35,718 nt of DNA, taken from assembly GCA_045599885.1 (NCBI GenBank), contig JAZRWU010000185.1, positions 1 through 35,718 of the forward strand, in the 5' to 3' direction. Every line of letters begins with the position of its first letter. Position 1 is the stretch's first letter. Under the pieces are notes generated by a model. It searched no databases. It saw nothing but the letters and a program-made list of their open reading frames with translations, and was not told the origin of the DNA. This stretch comes from Bacteroidales bacterium (GTDB lineage: Bacteria > Bacteroidota > Bacteroidia > Bacteroidales > UBA1402). Shown piece after piece: positions 33,412-35,718 of the stretch. A program made the translations under genes and the position numbers.

Positions 33412-34743
33412 TCATTGCGCGCTGCCGAACAACTGTTCATATTCGCAAGCTGCGAGCGTAAAAGCACCTATGGCTTTGCCTTCGTTGCGGGTGATGCCGG
33501 TGTCACTGCCACACAGATAGTAGTTGATGGTGCCGGTCCGGTTGATATTCTTTTTCGGCCCTAATCCGGCAGAAGCACACGATTGTTCGATGTTGATGCT
33601 GCCGTCAGCATTTTCAGTAATGAAGTTGTCTAAAAGACCTTGAAAAGCTTTTTTGGCGACAGGTGCAAATTTCTTTTCCTTCAACAGGCCCAGCCGTATT
33701 CCTTTGCAGAAAGCGTATGTAAACATACTGGAGGCGGAAGATTCGAGATAATTCGGGTTGGTGCCGACATTGAAATAATGCTCACCGATTTTGTCTCCCA
33801 TTCCGTCCGCACAAGTCTGATGGTCATATTGCAGCAGTTGATACCAACTTCCGCTTTTGTCTTGCCATTGAGCGAGGCCATCGGCTACCTGACGGTAGAT
33901 ATGAAGCATATTTTTGTATTCGGGATGATTTTCGGGCATAACTTCCAGCACATCCACCAGGGCTGCGAAATACCATCCACAGCCTCTGGCCCAGAATTCG
34001 GGGGAAGTGCCTTTGTACGGATTTTCTTTCCGTGCCCAAAATGAGTCCTCATCGTCAGGAGTGGCAGACCAGGCGTGGTAATTCAGATGCTTTTTCTTGT
34101 CCCATGAATACCGATGAATGGTCTCGAATTGTCTGGCGATGTCAGTCCATGCTCCACTGTTGTCATTCTCTCCGAACAACGCTTCATATCCGGCATAAAA
34201 AGCGGATCCCATATAAAGTCCGTCCAGCCACATCTGGTTGGGATATTTTCCTTTGTGGAAGAAACCTCCCGCTCCGGGAAGACCTTCCGGAATACGGGCG
34301 TGATGATTCTGCAATTTATCATGCATATAGGTGGCGGCCTCTTTATATCGGGCAGCCGATTCAGTATCCCCTTTCTCGAGGCTGTGGGAATAAAGGTCAA
34401 AGAAAACTTTTCCTGCGTTAATGGCATCAATGTCGTTGTCGCCAATAAGAATCGGCTTGTCCGGATTGCCTGTCAGTTGCCTGTCGGCATAAGATTTGAC
34501 AGCCTCCCAATAGGCTTCGTTGCCATAAAGATTGTAGGCGGCGAGGACGCTTTTGGCCACGAGGCCGGGTACATAACTGAAATTGGCAGTGGCAAGACTG
34601 GTCTCGCCCCGATTGTTGGTGAAAGTTTTCAGACTCAAAGATTCGACCATCCGTTGAGAATAGGGTTGTTGAGCATGGACCCCTGAGGGCAGCATCAAGG
34701 CAACGGCGGCCACAACAGCAAAGATACGTTTCATATTCAGCAT
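33412..34743 (-). CDS. Glyco_hydro_88-fold unsaturated uronyl hydrolase (GH88/GH105; probably GH105 unsaturated rhamnogalacturonyl hydrolase)
   Basis: 443 aa with a signal peptide. PNQMWLDGLYMGSAFYAGY matches the W-x-DG-x-x-M catalytic-Asp region of YteR/UGL-type (alpha/alpha)6 hydrolases. Confidence 0.75.
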   Translation of the reverse strand: MLNMKRIFAVVAAVALMLPSGVHAQQPYSQRMVESLSLKTFTNNRGETSLATANFSYVPGLVAKSVLAAYNLYGNEAYWEAVKSYADRQLTGNPDKPILIGDNDIDAINAGKVFFDLYSHSLEKGDTESAARYKEAATYMHDKLQNHHARIPEGLPGAGGFFHKGKYPNQMWLDGLYMGSAFYAGYEALFGENDNSGAWTDIARQFETIHRYSWDKKKHLNYHAWSATPDDEDSFWARKENPYKGTSPEFWARGCGWYFAALVDVLEVMPENHPEYKNMLHIYRQVADGLAQWQDKSGSWYQLLQYDHQTCADGMGDKIGEHYFNVGTNPNYLESSASSMFTYAFCKGIRLGLLKEKKFAPVAKKAFQGLLDNFITENADGSINIEQSCASAGLGPKKNINRTGTINYYLCGSDTGITRNEGKAIGAFTLAACEYEQLFGSAQ

Positions 34744-34777
34744 GGATAAAATTCGTGTAAATGTAGGAAATAATCGT

Positions 34778-34785
34778 TATTTTTG
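34778..34785 (+). promoter_or_regulatory. -7 box (TATTTTTG) for fabD
   Basis: Exact TAnnTTTG match 21 nt upstream of the ATG at 34807. Confidence 0.5.
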
Positions 34786-34806
34786 CACAACTCATATCGC
34801 AGAAAA

Positions 34807-35679
34807 ATGAAAGCATTTGTATTTCCCGGTCAAGGTGCCCAGTTTGTCGGAATGGGCAAGGATCTGTATGACGCTTCGCAGGAAGCGCGTTCATTGTTCG
34901 CACAAGCCAACGGAATCCTTGGCTTTGATATTACGGAACTCATGTTTTCGGGCACTCCGGAAGATTTGCGTCAGACGAAGGTGACTCAGCCGGCTGTGTT
35001 TATCCATTCGGTCATCAAGGCCAAAACTTTGGGGAAAGATTTCGACCCTGCCATGGTGGCCGGTCATTCTTTGGGTGAGTTTTCCGCTTTGACCGCCGCC
35101 GGAGCCTTGAGTTTTGAAGATGGACTCAGATTGGTTTCGAAGCGTGCGATGGCCATGCAGAAAGCGTGTGAGATTCAGGAATCTGGAATGTCGGCGGTTT
35201 TGGGACTGCCGGATTCTGTGGTGGAGGATGTCTGCCGTTCTATTTCTGACGCAGTGGTTGTTCCCGCCAATTATAATTGCCCCGGACAAATTGTCATTTC
35301 TGGCTCGAAAGAAGGTTTGGCGATGGCCTCAGAGCAATTGAAAGCCGCTGGTGCGAAAAGAGTGCTTCCATTGGCAGTGGGGGGTGCCTTCCATTCTCCT
35401 TTGATGGAACCTGCGCGTGTCGAATTGGCCGAGGCCATTGCCGAAACCCATTTCTCTGCCCCCATTTGTCCTGTGTATCAAGATGTCACGGCAGAGGCTT
35501 ACACCGAGCCTTCGGTTATCAAGGATAATCTGATTGCGCAACTGACATCTCCTGTCAAGTGGACACAGATAGTTCTCAATATGATATCTGCCGGAGCGGA
35601 TGAGTTTATGGAGCTTGGGCCAGGAACGGTTCTGCAAGGCCTTATCGCTAAAATCCAGAAGAGCCTGACTACGGAATAA
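34807..35679 (+). CDS. fabD: malonyl CoA-acyl carrier protein transacylase
   Basis: MKAFVFPGQGAQFVGMG start and active-site GHSLGEFSAL. The track start at 34783 is TTG inside the promoter box, and the ATG at 34807 gives the canonical N-terminus. Confidence 0.93.
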   Translation: MKAFVFPGQGAQFVGMGKDLYDASQEARSLFAQANGILGFDITELMFSGTPEDLRQTKVTQPAVFIHSVIKAKTLGKDFDPAMVAGHSLGEFSALTAAGALSFEDGLRLVSKRAMAMQKACEIQESGMSAVLGLPDSVVEDVCRSISDAVVVPANYNCPGQIVISGSKEGLAMASEQLKAAGAKRVLPLAVGGAFHSPLMEPARVELAEAIAETHFSAPICPVYQDVTAEAYTEPSVIKDNLIAQLTSPVKWTQIVLNMISAGADEFMELGPGTVLQGLIAKIQKSLTTE

Positions 35680-35718
35680 TCCCTTTTTATCGGCCATTTT
35701 CGAGTAATGTCAAAGTTT

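Noticed and set aside
1-35718. CRISPR arrays, transposases/IS elements, prophage, toxin-antitoxin or known defence systems
   Set aside because: I found no periodic direct repeats and no transposase, integrase, phage or TA-like ORFs. Every large ORF has a housekeeping or envelope assignment.

Overview
This window reads as a core chromosomal stretch of a Bacteroidota, most likely Bacteroidales, genome. Support for that: exact TAnnTTTG -7 boxes sit upstream of most transcription units, no Shine-Dalgarno dependence is apparent, and the gene content fits (PorT-like barrel, tandem rhomboids, GH28/GH105, giant TPR protein).

I can support 28 protein-coding genes:
- Sugar and glycan metabolism: xylA (partial), xylB, galK, a sugar-1-P nucleotidyltransferase, GH28, a GH88/GH105 hydrolase.
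- Envelope and proteolysis: cyclophilin, M16 peptidase, two outer-membrane barrels, a 1000-aa TPR protein, an S41 protease, a PorT-like barrel, two rhomboids, a membrane EEP protein, a CaCA antiporter.
- Nucleic-acid and translation functions: recO, an RluA-family synthase, rpsT, rsmE, a Pif1-like helicase, argS, a beta-CASP MBL nuclease, priA.
- Other: a Cache-sized sensor fused to a PP2C phosphatase, fabD, and a 55-aa 2x[4Fe-4S] ferredoxin that the ORF track missed.

There are also four singleton tRNAs (Arg-CCT, Glu-TTC, Asn-GTT, Arg-TCT), several rho-independent terminators, and 14 consensus -7 promoter boxes.

I see no CRISPR array, transposase, integrase, prophage or recognisable defence system, and no convincing novel multi-gene system. 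The items most worth follow-up are:
- An orphan -33/-7 promoter plus a GNRA-capped hairpin that delimit a roughly 100-nt candidate sRNA or leader in the largest intergenic gap (about 13100-13235, minus strand).
- Two tRNA-then-CDS units with 18-21 nt spacing and no promoter of their own.
- A tightly packed TPR, plug-less barrel and recO operon.
- A nucleotidyltransferase-galK-xylB-xylA operon.
- A rhomboid-rhomboid-EEP-priA cluster with two overlapping junctions.

All functional calls come from motifs I recognised by eye. No database search was possible.
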